64,000 nucleotides of DNA from Scyliorhinus canicula (taxonomy: Eukaryota). This document shows, one piece after another, positions 1 through 12,399 of the stretch (the first letter of the stretch is position 1; every line of letters starts with the position of its first letter). A program made the translations under genes and the position numbers. Location of the stretch: positions 1-64,000 of the forward strand of contig NW_024056036.1 of the NCBI RefSeq assembly GCF_902713615.1, written 5' to 3'. The notes below the pieces were generated by a model. That model made no database searches. It was not told the DNA's origin and saw only the letters and a list, made by a program, of their open reading frames with translations.

Positions 1-90
1 GATGCCTTTGTTTTGTGCTGTCACCTTTCTATGCCACTGTGTTATGAGGGAAATGCAGTGCACCAATGCAAGAGGCAGATTGCTCCCTCG

Positions 91-395
91 ATTTGGATTG
101 GATTTGTTTATTGTCACATGCACTGATGTACAGTGAAAAGTATTATTCTGCGAGCAGCTCAAACAGATCATTTCGTACATGAAAAGAAAGTGAACTAAAA
201 AGAAAATACATAATACGGCAACACAAGGTACACAGTGTAAATATATAGACAAAGGCATTGAGTGAAGCAGACAGGAGTGTAGTATTAATCAGGTCGTGCC
301 AAATTTCCTTCATTTCCTGAAGAAGTATAGGCGCTGTTGTGCTTTCTTGGTGGTAGCATCGATGTACGTGGACCAGGACAGATTTTTGGTGATGG
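91..395 (-). mobile_element. Rex1/Babar-type LINE 3' fragment
   Basis: Minus-frame peptide KNLSWSTYIDATTKKAQQRLYFFRK. The 3' end matches the copies at 32880-33410 and 35100-35335. Confidence 0.7.
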
Positions 396-869
396 AAACC
401 CTGTGCCCCAGTGCAGGAGAGGCTGGTTGTTGGGCAGTGTGAGCTGAACATACATGGCTGGATAAAGACCCTCGGAGTGAAAACAGGTCTGGAGGGAGTG
501 GGTCAGAGAACCTGGGGAGTTGCATTTTGCACGAACCATGAGTGTGACCCAGTCACAATTATGAACAGTAAACAAACCTATCACTGGTTTGATGAGATGA
601 TATACCGTGTCCCAGGTGTTGTAAATACTGTACATACTGTAGATCAGCCTGCTTACTGCCCATGTCTAAGTGATATCTTATCAGAATAATGTGCTTCTGT
701 ATTAAATAAAGTATCCAAACCTCTCATTGTGCTTCATGCCCAGCATCTTGCCTAACTGTGGATCTTCTGTTTTGCTGACTGGGAAATAGAATCTTCCTGT
801 TTACTAATTGCTCTATGGCGGCTGTGTTACCCAGAATCCCCCGCGCTGCAGAAAGTTCCCTATCAGTGA

Positions 870-1130
870 GTGTACGAGGCCAGTGCTGAGAGGCAGTGTG
901 TGTGTGCTCTGAGCATACTCAGTGTCAGTCATGTTGAGAGAGTCAGGAGGAGCTGGGTTGAGCTGTACCCCTGTGAGAAGGGCATCTCCCATCTCTCTGA
1001 CTCTCCAGCAGCTTCCTGTCATGGTTGAGTTAGACAAGGAACTCTCATCATTTGAGCTGGAAAAGGCCATTGATTGCTGAGCAAGCAGAAAGGTGCCCGG
1101 CAAGGTTGGAATTCCAGCTGAACTGCTCAC
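870..1130 (+). mobile_element. RTE-clade LINE fragment (linker/RT start)
   Basis: Plus-frame QQLPVMVELDKELSSFELEKAIDC*ASRKVPGKVGIPAELL resembles the RTE K(A)PGxDGIPAE motif. Related pieces lie at 17090-17350 and 17740-18010 on the minus strand. Confidence 0.65.
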
Positions 1131-1612
1131 ACACACAGAAAGTCCCATCGACTGTCACACCTTCCTGCCCTCCCCTTTTGGGCTGTGAGACTGGTCCACG
1201 GAACATCGTGCAGAGTCTGCACATTCTCCCAGTGTCTGTGTGGGTTTCCTCCGGGTGCTCCCACACGTCCCGAAAGATGCGCTTGTTAGGTGAATTAGAC
1301 ATTCTGAATTCTCCCTCTGTGTCCCCAAACAGGCACCAGAGTATGTTGACTAGGAGATTTTCACAGTAACTTCATTGCTGTGTTAATGTAATTTGGAAGA
1401 CCGGATGTACTCTGGTCCTCCAGCCAATCATACTGCGGGCTTTGTGTAAATGAAGATTGAACTTCACACAGACTAAAACTTCTTCCTGTGTCAAACCTCT
1501 GAGGAAAACACTTTCCGCTTTTCACTTCAACGGATTTTAAATTAGAGTCCATTAACCCTTCTACAGAACCGTTACAAGGAACAACAAACATTAACTCCGT
1601 GTCTCTCGCAAC

Positions 1613-1932
1613 AGAGGTGGCACAGTGGTTAGCACAGCTGCCTCATAGCACCAGCGAGCAGGGTTCAATTCCGGCCTTGGGTGACTGTGAAGTTTGCACA
1701 TTCTCCCCCCCCGTCTGTGTGGGTTCCCTCCGGGTGCTCCTGTTTTCTCCCGCTGTCCAAAGATCTGCAGGTTTGGTGGATTGGCTATGCTAAATTGTCC
1801 CTCAGTGTCCAAAGCTGAAGTGGGGTTTTGGGGAGAGGGTGGGGGAAGTGCACCTGGGTGGGAGCTCTTTTGTAGGTTGGTGCAAACTTGATGGGCCGAA
1901 TGGTCTCCTTCTGCACTGTAGGGATTCCATGA
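1613..1932 (+). mobile_element. HE1/V-SINE
   Basis: tRNA-like head GGTGGCACAGTGGTTAGCAC..GGGTTCAATTCC, V-domain GTTTGCACATTCTCCCC..GGGTGCTCC, and tail GGGCCGAATGG..CCTTCTGCACTGTA. Confidence 0.85.
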
Positions 1933-3169
1933 TGCTGCCAGACCTGTTGAGTTAATCTAGCATTTTCTGGTATTACTCTACATTACATACCTTTATAATC
2001 CACTGATTATATTTATTGAACCACTGTACCATTAACTCCCAGGAGCAGTGTGTTGATGTTTCAGCTGTTCCAGCCTTGGGTGACTGTGTGGAGTTTTTAC
2101 ATTCTCCCAGTGTCTGTGTGGGTTCCCTCCGGGTGTTCCGATTTCCTCCCACATTCTAAAGATGGGCAGGTTTGGTGGATTGGCCCCGTGAAATTGCCCC
2201 TTAGTGTCCAAATAAAGATTAGGTGATGTTACTGGGTTACGGGGATAAACAAAGAACAGAGAAAAGTACAGCACAGGAAGAGGCCCTTCAGCCCTTCAAG
2301 CCTGCATCGACCATGCTGCCCGGCTAAACTAAAATATTCAATGCTTCCGGGCTCCCTATCCTCTATTCCCATCCTATTCATGTAATTGTCAAGATGCCCC
2401 ATAATATGGTGGAGACATGCGCTTAAGTAGGGTGCTCTTTCCAAGCTCTGGTGCAGGCTGGATGGGCCAAATGGCCTCCTTCTGCACTGATTCGGTAGGA
2501 ATTTCTCTCACAGTCTGATCCGATGGGTCTGTCTGGTGGTATTTCCCTGATGGTGGCACAGTGGTTAACACTGTTGCTTCACAACACCAGGGTTCCGAGT
2601 TCAATTCCCACTTGGGCCACTGACTGTGCGGAGTCTGCACTTTCTCCCGTGTCTGTGTGGGTTTCCTGTGGGTGCTCCGGTTTCCTCCCACATGTCCCGA
2701 AAGATGCGCTTGTTCGGTGAATTGGACATTCTGAATTCTCCCTCTGTGTACCCGAACAGGCGCCAGAGTATGACTAGGAGATTTTCACAGTAACTTCATT
2801 GCAGTGTTAATGTGAGCCTACTTGTGACAATAATAAAGATTATTATTATTCAGCGTTTGGATATTTTAAGGAGCAGGTAGACCCTCCTTGGTTCCTCAGA
2901 TATTCCATCTGTTTTTGGTTAATGTGCCTGGAGTCTGAGTTCTTCCAGTCTGTCTCCAATTCTCCTTCCTGTCTCGGGTATATGGGTCTAGGGAGCTTGG
3001 TGTTGTTTAGTTGTCTGTCTGTCTCCAGCAGGTATTGTTATCTCTCGATAATGACCGTGCTGCTACCCTTGTCTTCTGGTCTTATGGACATATCCGTGTT
3101 GGATCCAAGCTCCCAGATTGTCTGTCTCTCTCTCCGGGTAAGATTCTGTTTGTCTCTTGTATTTCACTG

Positions 3170-3640
3170 TGTCAGGGCAGAGACCTGATTGAACATGGGA
3201 GTTCTGGGAAAGATGGGCAAGGATTTGGGAGGTGGCAACATGTTCAAATAGTCTGGAGAGGAGAGGGAGGTTGAAGATGGGGCAGTAATTTGTAAGGATG
3301 GCAGGGTCAAGGGTTTGTTTTATTGAGGAGGGGGTGATGATGGCAGATTTGAAAGACAGAGGGACAGTACCTGAAGAGTGAGAAATGTTGACAATATGAG
3401 CTCTGAGAGGGCATATGGGGAGATGGGAGAGAAACTGGAGAAAGAGGTGGGTTCAGGGCTGGGGAAAGGATGAAATTTAGAGACAGTTTGGTCCGGTGGG
3501 CCCGTGGAAGGGAGGGAAGCAGCAGAGGCAGCTGATCGGATTGACTCAATCTCAGTCACAAAGAATCTCCACAAGCTCCTCACACTTCTTGTTGGAGGTG
3601 AGGTTGGAAGAGACAGGGGAGAGCGAGAGTGCTTCAAAAT
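3170..3640 (-). mobile_element. L2-type LINE RT fragment (paralogous copy at ~41830-42720)
   Basis: Degenerate LFRYCPSVFQ...LLNKTNPDPAILTNY RT-region peptide on the minus strand. Confidence 0.6.
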
Positions 3641-3801
3641 GAACTAACCTGTGTCAGAGATACTAAAAACACATCTGATTTATTTGACTTTCGCCAGATT
3701 AGCCCCTGTAAATGGGCTGGAGTTTGTTATCCGCAGAAAGAGACCTAAATGAACATGGTTCAGTCCTGAATGTGAGAAACAGCAAAATCCAAACACCGTG
3801 G

Positions 3802-5091
3802 TTATTTGTGAACTCGTTGGTGTCTCAGCAGGGCGGATGAAGTGGTGAATCTCTTCTCACACTCGGAGCAGGTGAATGGCCTCTCCCCAGTGTGAATTCG
3901 CTGATGATTCTGCAGGTCGGATGACTGAATGAATCCCTTCCCACACTTGGAGCAGGTGAATGGCCTCTCCCCAGTGTGAATTCGCTGGTGCTTCTGCAAG
4001 TCAGATGACTGAGTGAATCCCTTCCCACACTGGGCGCAGGTGAATGGTCTCTCGCCAGTGTGGATTCGCTGATGTACAGTGAGGTTAGATGATCGCCTGA
4101 ACCCAGTCCCGCAGTGAGAGCATCTAAACGGTTTCTCGTCAGTGTGAACACGTTGATGGAGCATCAGTTCCCCAGAACTTTTATAGCACTTCCCGCAGTC
4201 TGGACATTGAAACGGTCTCTGATCAGTGTGAACTCGCTGGTGACTCAGCAAGGAGGACGACTGAGTGAATCCCTTCCCACACTTGGCGCAGGTGAATAGT
4301 CTCTTCCCAGTGTGAATTCGCTTATGTACGGTGAGGTGACATGATCGTCTGAACCCAGTTCCACAGTGTGAGCACCTGAACGGTCTCTCATCAGTGTGAA
4401 CACGTTGATGGCTCATCAGTTCCCCAGAACGTTTATAGCACTTCCCGCAGTCTGGACATTGAAACTGTCTCTCATCAGTGTGAACTCGCAAGTGACTCAG
4501 CAGGTCGGATGACTGAGTGAATCTCTTCCCACACTTAGAGCAGGCGAATGGTCTCTCCCCAGTGTGAATTTGCTGATGTACAGAGAGGTGAGATGATCGT
4601 CTGAACCCAGTCCCGCAGTGAGAGCACCTGAACGGTCTCTCGTCAGTGTGAACACGTTGATGGCTGATCAGATCCCCAGAACCTTTATAGCACTTCCCGC
4701 AATCTGGACATTGAAACGGTCTCTCACCAGTGTGAACTCGCTGGTGTTTCCGCAGGGCCGATGACTGAATGAATCCCTTCCCACACTCCGAGCAGGTGAA
4801 TGGTCTCTCCCCAGTGTGAACTCGCTGGTGACTCCGCAGAGCTGTGAACTGAATAAATCCCTTCCCACACTTGGAGCAGGTGAATGGTCTCTCCCCAGTG
4901 TGACTGCGTCGATGAGTTTCCAGGCTGGATGGGTAAGTGAATCCGTTCCCACAGTCCGCACATTTCCACGGTTTCTCCTCAGTGCGACTGCATTTGTGCT
5001 TCGTGAGGCCTGATGATCGAGTGAATCCTCGTCCACACACACAACACGTGTACGGTTTCTCCCCACTGTGAACGATGCTTTTTCCTTCCAT
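3802..5091 (-). CDS. C2H2 zinc-finger protein, 15 tandem fingers (first degenerate), 429 aa from the first ATG
   Basis: Intact ORF with TGERPF linkers and CxxC..HxxxH motifs. The ORF track starts at a TTG (5121); the first ATG (MEGKSIV) is at 5091. A splice acceptor TTTCGCAG precedes exon start 5199. Confidence 0.9.
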   Translation of the reverse strand: MEGKSIVHSGEKPYTCCVCGRGFTRSSGLTKHKCSRTEEKPWKCADCGNGFTYPSSLETHRRSHTGERPFTCSKCGKGFIQFTALRSHQRVHTGERPFTCSECGKGFIQSSALRKHQRVHTGERPFQCPDCGKCYKGSGDLISHQRVHTDERPFRCSHCGTGFRRSSHLSVHQQIHTGERPFACSKCGKRFTQSSDLLSHLRVHTDERQFQCPDCGKCYKRSGELMSHQRVHTDERPFRCSHCGTGFRRSCHLTVHKRIHTGKRLFTCAKCGKGFTQSSSLLSHQRVHTDQRPFQCPDCGKCYKSSGELMLHQRVHTDEKPFRCSHCGTGFRRSSNLTVHQRIHTGERPFTCAQCGKGFTQSSDLQKHQRIHTGERPFTCSKCGKGFIQSSDLQNHQRIHTGERPFTCSECEKRFTTSSALLRHQRVHK

Positions 5092-5489
5092 GTTCAAAAT
5101 CCGCTGATATTCAAGATACAATAAATTGAGGGCTCTGTCAGATCCTGATGTGATGTTTGGTTTGAGTTTCCGGACTTTGAAGCCTCCTCTTCAAACACCC
5201 TGCGAAACGGATTCAAAACACAAAATAGGGAATGAGAGAGAACCCACAAAAACACAAAGGCAGATTGTGAAATTGTGCTGAATGAATCTGGTCATTTGTG
5301 GGGCCGGCTCTGGGAAAAAGTGACCATGAAAACGGCTGGATTGTCATAAAAACCCAACTGGACTCTTTGGGAGGAGAGAGAAAGAGGTGAAGAGGGATTT
5401 TGTGTATCTACAAGACATATTAAGAGTAGTTGGCAAAGCAAATTCGAGTTTGGGCTTCATAAACAGCAATATTGACACCAAAGCTATGC

Positions 5490-5810
5490 TTCCGGTGGCA
5501 GTGATTAGCACTGCTGCCTCACAGCGTCAGGGACCCGGGTTCAATTCCAGCCTTGGTGACTGTCTGGAGTTTGCACATTGTCCCCGTGTCTGCGTCGGTT
5601 TCCTCCCACAATCTAAAGAAGAGCAAATTAGGTGGATTGGCCTTGATAAATTGCCCCTTAGTGTCCAGGGATGTGCTGGTTAGGTGGGGCTATGGGGTTA
5701 CAGGGACAGGGACAGGGGTGTGGACCTAGGCAGGGTGCCCTTTCAGAGAATCAGTGCAGACTTGATGGGCCGAATGGCCTCCTTCTGCACTGTAGGAATT
5801 CTATGGTTCT
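5490..5810 (+). mobile_element. HE1/V-SINE
   Basis: Head, V-domain and tail are recognisable; an orthologous copy is at 45095-45420. Confidence 0.8.
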
Positions 5811-6762
5811 AATTCAATTCTATGAATCTTTCTGAAGCTCTGGTCATCACTCTTCAGGAAGGATGTGAAGGTTCACGGAGAAGGTGCAGAGGAGATTTAC
5901 CAGACTAGATCCAGCAAAGGAGGTTGAGGGGAGATTTGATTCAGGTCCACAAGATTATGCCAGATTTCCATCAGGTGGACAAAGAAACTCTGTTTCCATT
6001 CACTGATCGTACAAGCAGTCGGGACACAGACTTAAAGTTTTGGGTAAAACCTGGGTTGAACTATACAAGATCCTGAGGGGTTTTGACAGGGTGGATGTGG
6101 AGAGGATGTTTCCTCTTGTGGGAGAATCTGGAACAAGGGGGTCACTGTTGCAAAATAAGGGGTCACCCATTTCAAATGGGTGACAGTGCGGAGACTGCAC
6201 ATTTTCCCTGTGACTGTGTGAGTTTCCTCTGATTTCCTCACACAGTTCAAAGATGTCCAGGTTAGGTGGATCGGCCATGCTAAATTGCCCCTTTGTCTCC
6301 AAGGATGTGCACATTGGGTGGGATGGGGTGGACCTGAGTGGGGATTGTTCTTTCGCAGGGTTGGTTCAGACTTGAGTCCGCTTCAGTGACAGCCGGACTC
6401 TGCGCATGTGCAAAATTGTGTCATGCGGATCGCGCACATTCTCAGCTGCAGTGCATGTTGGGTGATTAACCCGCCATTGAAATCTATATTGTTGATATAA
6501 ATCATGCTTTGCAGACCGATTACGACTGGTAATATTGGACCAATGTAACAAATGTATTAAATCAATTAAACAGCACCTAAATAGTACAGGGCCCAGTTCT
6601 GTCCTGGGTGTGATTGACAACAGTGACGACAGTGAGATGTGAACTCATTGGGGTCTCAACAGGTTGGGTGAACAAATGATTTTTGTCCCCATAGACCCAA
6701 CAGTTAAATTGCCCCTCGTCAATAACAATGTGCTGAAATTGGATCAAATAGTTTGAGCTTTT

Positions 6763-6982
6763 TTTTTAAATTTAGATTAGCCAATTATTTTTTCCAATTA
6801 AGAGGCAATTTAGCGTGGCCAATCCACCTACTCTGCACATTTTTGGGTTGTGGGGGCGAAATCCACGCAGACACAGGGAGAACGTGCAAACTCCACACGG
6901 ACAGTGACCCAGAGCCGGGATCGAACCTGGGACCTCAGCGCCATGAGGCGGTTGTGCTAACCACTAGGCCACCGTGCTGCCC
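6763..6982 (-). mobile_element. Short HE1/V-SINE with 14-bp TSD
   Basis: TSD TAGTTTGAGCTTTT at 6749-6762 and 6983-6996. Confidence 0.9.
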
Positions 6983-7369
6983 TAGTTTGAGCTTTTAAAG
7001 TTGGAGTGTTAACCAGTGGGAAAACTGAGGAAATCCCTTTGCACATGTGAAGTGTGTGAGTGATCTCCCTCTGAACTGCACATTAGATTAATTAATGAAT
7101 AACTCATATTTATTCTCATCCAGTGGAAACATCTTCCACTTGCCTATCATATCAAACCTTTTCATAATCTTAAACGATCAGGCCATTGTTTATTCCCTTT
7201 TCCAGAGAAAAGGGATTTTTAGACAGTAGGTAATGGTTCTGCCATTTATACCTCCCCTGGACCGTCTTTTATTTCTTCACTTGTTCTGTTAGTTTACCTA
7301 CTTGTTCATTGTCACCCAGTTTTGCCTTGCACTATTATCCTCTTTGTCATTTAAAAAAACTATTAAAGC

Positions 7370-9812
7370 CTTCCGGTTGCGGCTATGCGGAGCTAAGTCG
7401 CACGTTCGGCAGCTCCCGCTAGCAACGGGGTATTTTCAGGGCCCGTAACGGCGCTTGTTCGATGTTTCCCGGTGTGGGAAGGGGACAGCAACATTCCCCT
7501 AATAGTGTATGGATTGGACCAGGAGTGGGGCGATTAAAAAAAGTGACATTTAAGCAAAGAAAGTAGCGAGGGAGGAGGACCAAGGTGGCGGCGGGCGGGA
7601 ACCAGGCAGCGTGGATGCAGTGGAGATAGTGGCGGTGATGGATGCGGAGAAGGCCTTTGATAAGGTGGAATGGGGGTACCTGTGGGAGGTGCTGAAAAGG
7701 TGCGGGTTTGGGGAGGGGTTCGTCAGGTGGGTGAGGTTGCTATATGAGGCCCCGGTGGCGAGTGTGGCCACGAACAGAAGGAGGTCAGAGTATTTCCGGC
7801 TGCACCAGGGGACGAGGCAGGGGTGTCCCCTGTCCCTCCTGCTCTTTGCACTGGCGATCGAACCCCTGGCCATGGCGTTGAGGGAGTTGAGGAAGTGGAG
7901 GGGGTTAGTGCAGGGTGGGGAGGAGCATCAGGTGTCGCTTTATGCGGATGATCTGTTGCTATATGTGGCGGACCCAGTGGGGGAATGCTGGAGGTGATGA
8001 GGATCCTTAGGGAGTTTGGGGATTTCTCCGGGTACAAGCTCAATATGGGGAAGAACGAGTTGTTCGTAGTGCACCAAGGGGACCAGGAGAGGGGCATTGG
8101 TGAGCTCCCGCTAAAAAAGCCGGAGAGGAGTTTTAGGTACCTGGGGGTCCAGGTGGCTAGGAGTTGGGGGGCCATGCATCAGCTTAACTTCACAAGGCGG
8201 GTGGAGCAGATGGAGGAGGCGTTTAAAAGGTGGATGCGCTGCCACTCTCGCTGGCGGGTAGGGCGCAGTCAGTTAAAATGATGGTGCTCCCGAAGTTTTT
8301 GTTCCTGTTCCAATGCCTCCCCATCCTGATCCCCAAAGCCTTCTTCAGGCGGGTTAACAGGAGCGTTATGGGGTTTGTGTGGGCGCAGGAGACCCCGAGG
8401 GTGAGAATGGTGTTCTTGGAGCAGAGCAGGGATACGGGGGGAGGGTTGGCATTGCCTAACCTCTGTGGGTATTATTGGGCCGCCAACGTGGCGATGGTAC
8501 GCAAGTGGGTGATGGAGGGGGAGGGGTGGCATGGAAGATGTTGGAGATGGCGTCCTGTGTGGGCACGAGCCTGGAGGCGCTGGTGACCGCGCCATTTCCG
8601 CTTCCTCCAACGAGGTATACCACGAGCTTGGTGGTGGCGGCTACCCTGAAAATCTGGGGGCAATGGAGACGGCACGGGGGGAGGTGGGGGCCTCGGTGTG
8701 GTCCCCGATACGGGGGAACCACCGGTTTGTCCCGGGGAGGATGGACAGAGGGTTCCTGAATTGGCACAGATCAGGTATTAGAAGAATGGGGGACCTGTTT
8801 GCGGATGGGAAGTTCACGAGCCTGGGTGAGCGGAGGGGAAGTTCGGCCCCCCCCCCGGGGAACACCTTCAGATATATGCAGGTAAGGGCGTTTGTTAGGC
8901 GGCAGGTGGTGGAGTTCCCACTGTTGCCGCCACGGAGGGTCCAGGACAGGGTGCTTTCGGGGATGTGGGTTGGAGAGGGGAGCATCTCGGCAAAGTATCA
9001 GGTGATGCAGGAGGAGGAAGAGGAGGGCATCGGTGGAGGAGCTGAAGGGTAAGTGGGAGGAGGAGTTGGGTGAGGAGATCGACGAGGGGGACGTGGTATG
9101 GATGCCCTGGGGAGGGGGAATTCTTCCTCCGCTTGCGCGAGGCTCAGCTTAATACAATTCAAGGTGCTGCATAGGATGCACATGATCAGGGCAAGCTGAG
9201 CCGGTCTTTGGTGAGAGAGGACAGATGTGTTAGGTGCTCAGGGAGCCCAGCAAACTACACCCACATGTTCTGGGCATGGCCCAGCGCTGGAGGACCATTG
9301 GAGGGGCGTAGCAGAGATGATGTCAAGGATGGTTGGTTTCCAGGGTTGAGCCGGGTGGGGGCTCGCAATATTTGTGGTGGCAGAGGAGCCGGGAGTGCAG
9401 GGAGGCGAAAGAGGCCGGTATTCTGGCCTTTGCGTCCCTAGTAGCCCGGCGAGGATTCTTCTTCAGTGGGAGAAGCGATATGGCTGGGTTATTAAATTGG
9501 AGACGGTCAAATTTGCCTTAAGGGGGTCGGTGCAAGGGTTCTTCCGGCGGTGGCAACAGTTTCTAGACTTCCTGGCGGAGCGTTAGGTGATGGTCAGCAA
9601 CAGCAGCGACCCGGGGGGCAGTGGGGGATTTTGGGGTGGTTGGGGGGTGCTTGTGTAAGGGTTTGTTTGTTTTCTTGATTGGGCGTGTATATTTGCCGAT
9701 ATGCTGATTATTTATTACTTGTGTATACCGGGGGGGGGGGGTTGTTCTTATTTCTTTGTGTTTTTGTTGTTGATAATTTGGGAAAACTTGAATAAAAATT
9801 ATTTATAAAAAA
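7370..9812 (+). mobile_element. L1-clade LINE, frameshifted RT and C-terminus, apparently internally deleted
   Basis: MDAEKAFDKVEW, GTRQGCPLS, YADD and GGLALPN motifs in shifted frames. AATAAA at 9791 followed by an A-rich tail. Confidence 0.9.
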
Positions 9813-9934
9813 GAAGCATTAAAGTGCCCAATTCTTTATTTTCCAATTAAGGGACAATTTAGCGTGGCCAATCCACCTACTCTGTACACCTTTGGATTAT
9901 GGTCGAAGACCCACGCGACAGTGACGTGGCTGCA

Positions 9935-11800
9935 AGGAGATCAGGGCTAGGATCGAAATATACAAGGATCTGTGTCCAATCGAAAGAAAGGCAGATGGGC
10001 AAAGGGGGCGGGGTTGCATTGTTAGGAAGGAATTAAGTAAATCGATTGCAAGGAGAGATATAGGATCTGAAGGCAGAGAATCTCTGTGGGTAGAGTTGAG
10101 GAATCGCAAAGGTAAAAGACCCTGATGAGAGTTATGTACAAGCCTCCGAGCAGCAGTCAGGATGTGGGACAGATAAGAAATCAGGAGATAGAGAACGCGT
10201 GTAAAAGGCAATATCACAATAACCAGGGGGAATTCAATATGCAGGTGGGCTGGGAAAATCAGGTTGGTAGTGGATCCCAGGAAAAGTAATTTGTGGAAGG
10301 TCTAAGAGATGTTTTTTTCGAACAGCTTTTAACAGAGCCTAATAGGGAACGTGTAATGTGTGATGTGTAATGAGGCAGACTTGATTGAGGACACTATGGG
10401 AATTCATCCCAAGGAGGAACAAAGAACAGTACAGCACAGGAACAGGTTCTTCGGCCCTCCAAGCCTGCGCCGACCATGCTGCCCGTCTAAACTAAAATCT
10501 TCTACACTTCCGGGGTCCGTATCCCTCTATTCCCATCCTATTCATGCATTTGTCAAGATGGCCCTTAAACGTCACTATCGTCCGTGCTTCCACCACCTCC
10601 TCCGGCAGCAAGTTCCTCTGTGTATAAAACTTACCTTGTACATCTACTCTAAACCTTGTCCCTCGCACCTTAACCTGTGCCCCCCAGTAATTGAAACATG
10701 CTAAAGGGAGGACAAGGCATCCATGGTTGACGAGGGATGTCAAGGACAGCATAAAAGCAAAAGCATACAAAGTGGCGAGGATTAGTGGGAAGCCAGAGGA
10801 TTTGGAATGCTTGAAAAGCAAGCAGAAGACAACTAAAAAAGCAATAAGGGGAGAGAAGATGAAATATGGGCTAATGAAATAGAAGCACAGGGCTAAATCG
10901 CTGACTTTAAAAGCAGACCAAGGCAGGCCAGCAGCATGGTTCAATTGCTATACCAGCCTCCTTGACCAGGGGCAGGAATGTGGCGACTAGGGGCTTTTCA
11001 CTGTAACTTCATTTGAAGCCTACTTGTGACAATAAGCAATTTTCATTTCATGAATGCAAGCTACCTAGTAATATGAAAGAAGAGAGGAAGAGATTTTTCA
11101 ATATATAAAAGGTATATATATACCTTTCAATATATAAAGGTAAGAGAGAGGCAAAATAGACATTGGACCACTGGGAAATGTGGCAGGAAAGTAATAATAG
11201 GACACAAAGAAATGGCAGAGGAACTGAATACTTACTTTGTATCAGTCTTCGCGGTGGAATACCCCAGTGGAATGCCAGAACTCCGGGAGAATCAGGGGGC
11301 AGAGGTGAGTGCAGTGGCCATCACTAAGGAGCAGGTTCTCAGTAAACTGAAAGGTCTGAAGGTTGATAAATCACCTGGACCGGATGGACTACACCCCAGG
11401 GTTCTAAAAGAGATAGCTCAAGAGATTGTGGAGGCATTGGTGGTGATCTTTCAGGAATCACTGGAGGCAGGAAGGGTCCCACTGGACTGGAAAGTGGCAA
11501 ATGTAACACCGTTGTTTAAGAAGGGAAATTATAGGCCGGTTAGCCTGATTCGGTAATTGGTAATATTTTAGAGTCCATTAGTAAAGGTGGAGATCGTGGA
11601 ATACTTGGAAGTGCATGAAAAAATAGGACTGATGTCAACATGGATTTGTCAAAGGAAGGTCATGTCTGACAAATCTGTGAAGAGTTCCTTTGAGGGGATA
11701 ACAAGGAAGTTCGATTCCAGGCCTTTGACAAGGTGTCGCACAGGAGACTGTTAAATAGGTTAAGAGCCCATGGTGTTCAGGGTAAGATCCTGACATGGAT
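9935..11800 (+). mobile_element. CR1 (HER1-like) LINE ORF2 fragments interrupted by a minus-strand CR1 3' end (10415-10690) and a SINE (10885-11050)
   Basis: KSPGPDGLHPRVLKE, DWKVANVTPLFKKG and NYRPVSL motifs. Confidence 0.85.
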
Positions 11801-12060
11801 CTCGAACAGTGGTGTCAGAATTTGATGTGAGGATTGGTTTGTGAGTTTCCTGTCTGCGAATCCCTTTCTAAGTCCCTGTGAAAGAAGTTACAAAGGCATC
11901 ACTGTCAGTCCAGAAATAAATTCAGAAAGATAAACATTCTCCTGGTTTAAATTTGCTGTGTGTAAATCCTCCCCTACGAATCCCCTGGAAAAGGAGTTTC
12001 CAAAATTAATCACTGTCAGTCCAGGATAGAAATTCACTACATTCTCCCCTCCTGTTCCCT
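11800..12060 (-). pseudogene. Relic of ZNF gene 5' exon/acceptor modules
   Basis: Two copies of the GTGAATTTCTATCCTGGACTGACAGTGAT..CAGG acceptor module that precedes ZNF exons elsewhere in the window. Confidence 0.5.
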
Positions 12061-12399
12061 GGTCCAGGATGACCGCTCATGCCCCTCGCTGAACACTGAC
12101 CCTCGTTGTCATAGCAGTCCCTTGATTTGAGGGTGATGTTGACTCAGGGTTTCGAGTTTCTGCCCTGGGTCTTCATGTGGCTGAACAGAGCCACAGAGCT
12201 TTGGACACATGGGACAGGATGTCCAATGAGACAGTGAAACCTGGAGAGCAGGATTGGTTTCATTTTCTTTCCATCTCTGCCACCGCTTTGCATCATCAAT
12301 AAGACATTGGAACTCAAAGACTAATCCAGTTTGATGGACAAGTTGTCTCCATTCTGAACAATGGGGAACAAGCTCCTCCCACTCATTGAAACATCGCCC

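Noticed and set aside
1613-1690. tRNA genes at GGTGGCACAGTGGTTAGC..GGTTCAATTCC motifs
   Set aside because: These are tRNA-derived SINE heads continuing into the V-domain; no complete cloverleaf.
3825-5066. Alternate-frame and antisense ORFs over the ZNF arrays (also 30228-30964 and 42787-44344)
   Set aside because: Shadow frames of the 84-bp finger periodicity.
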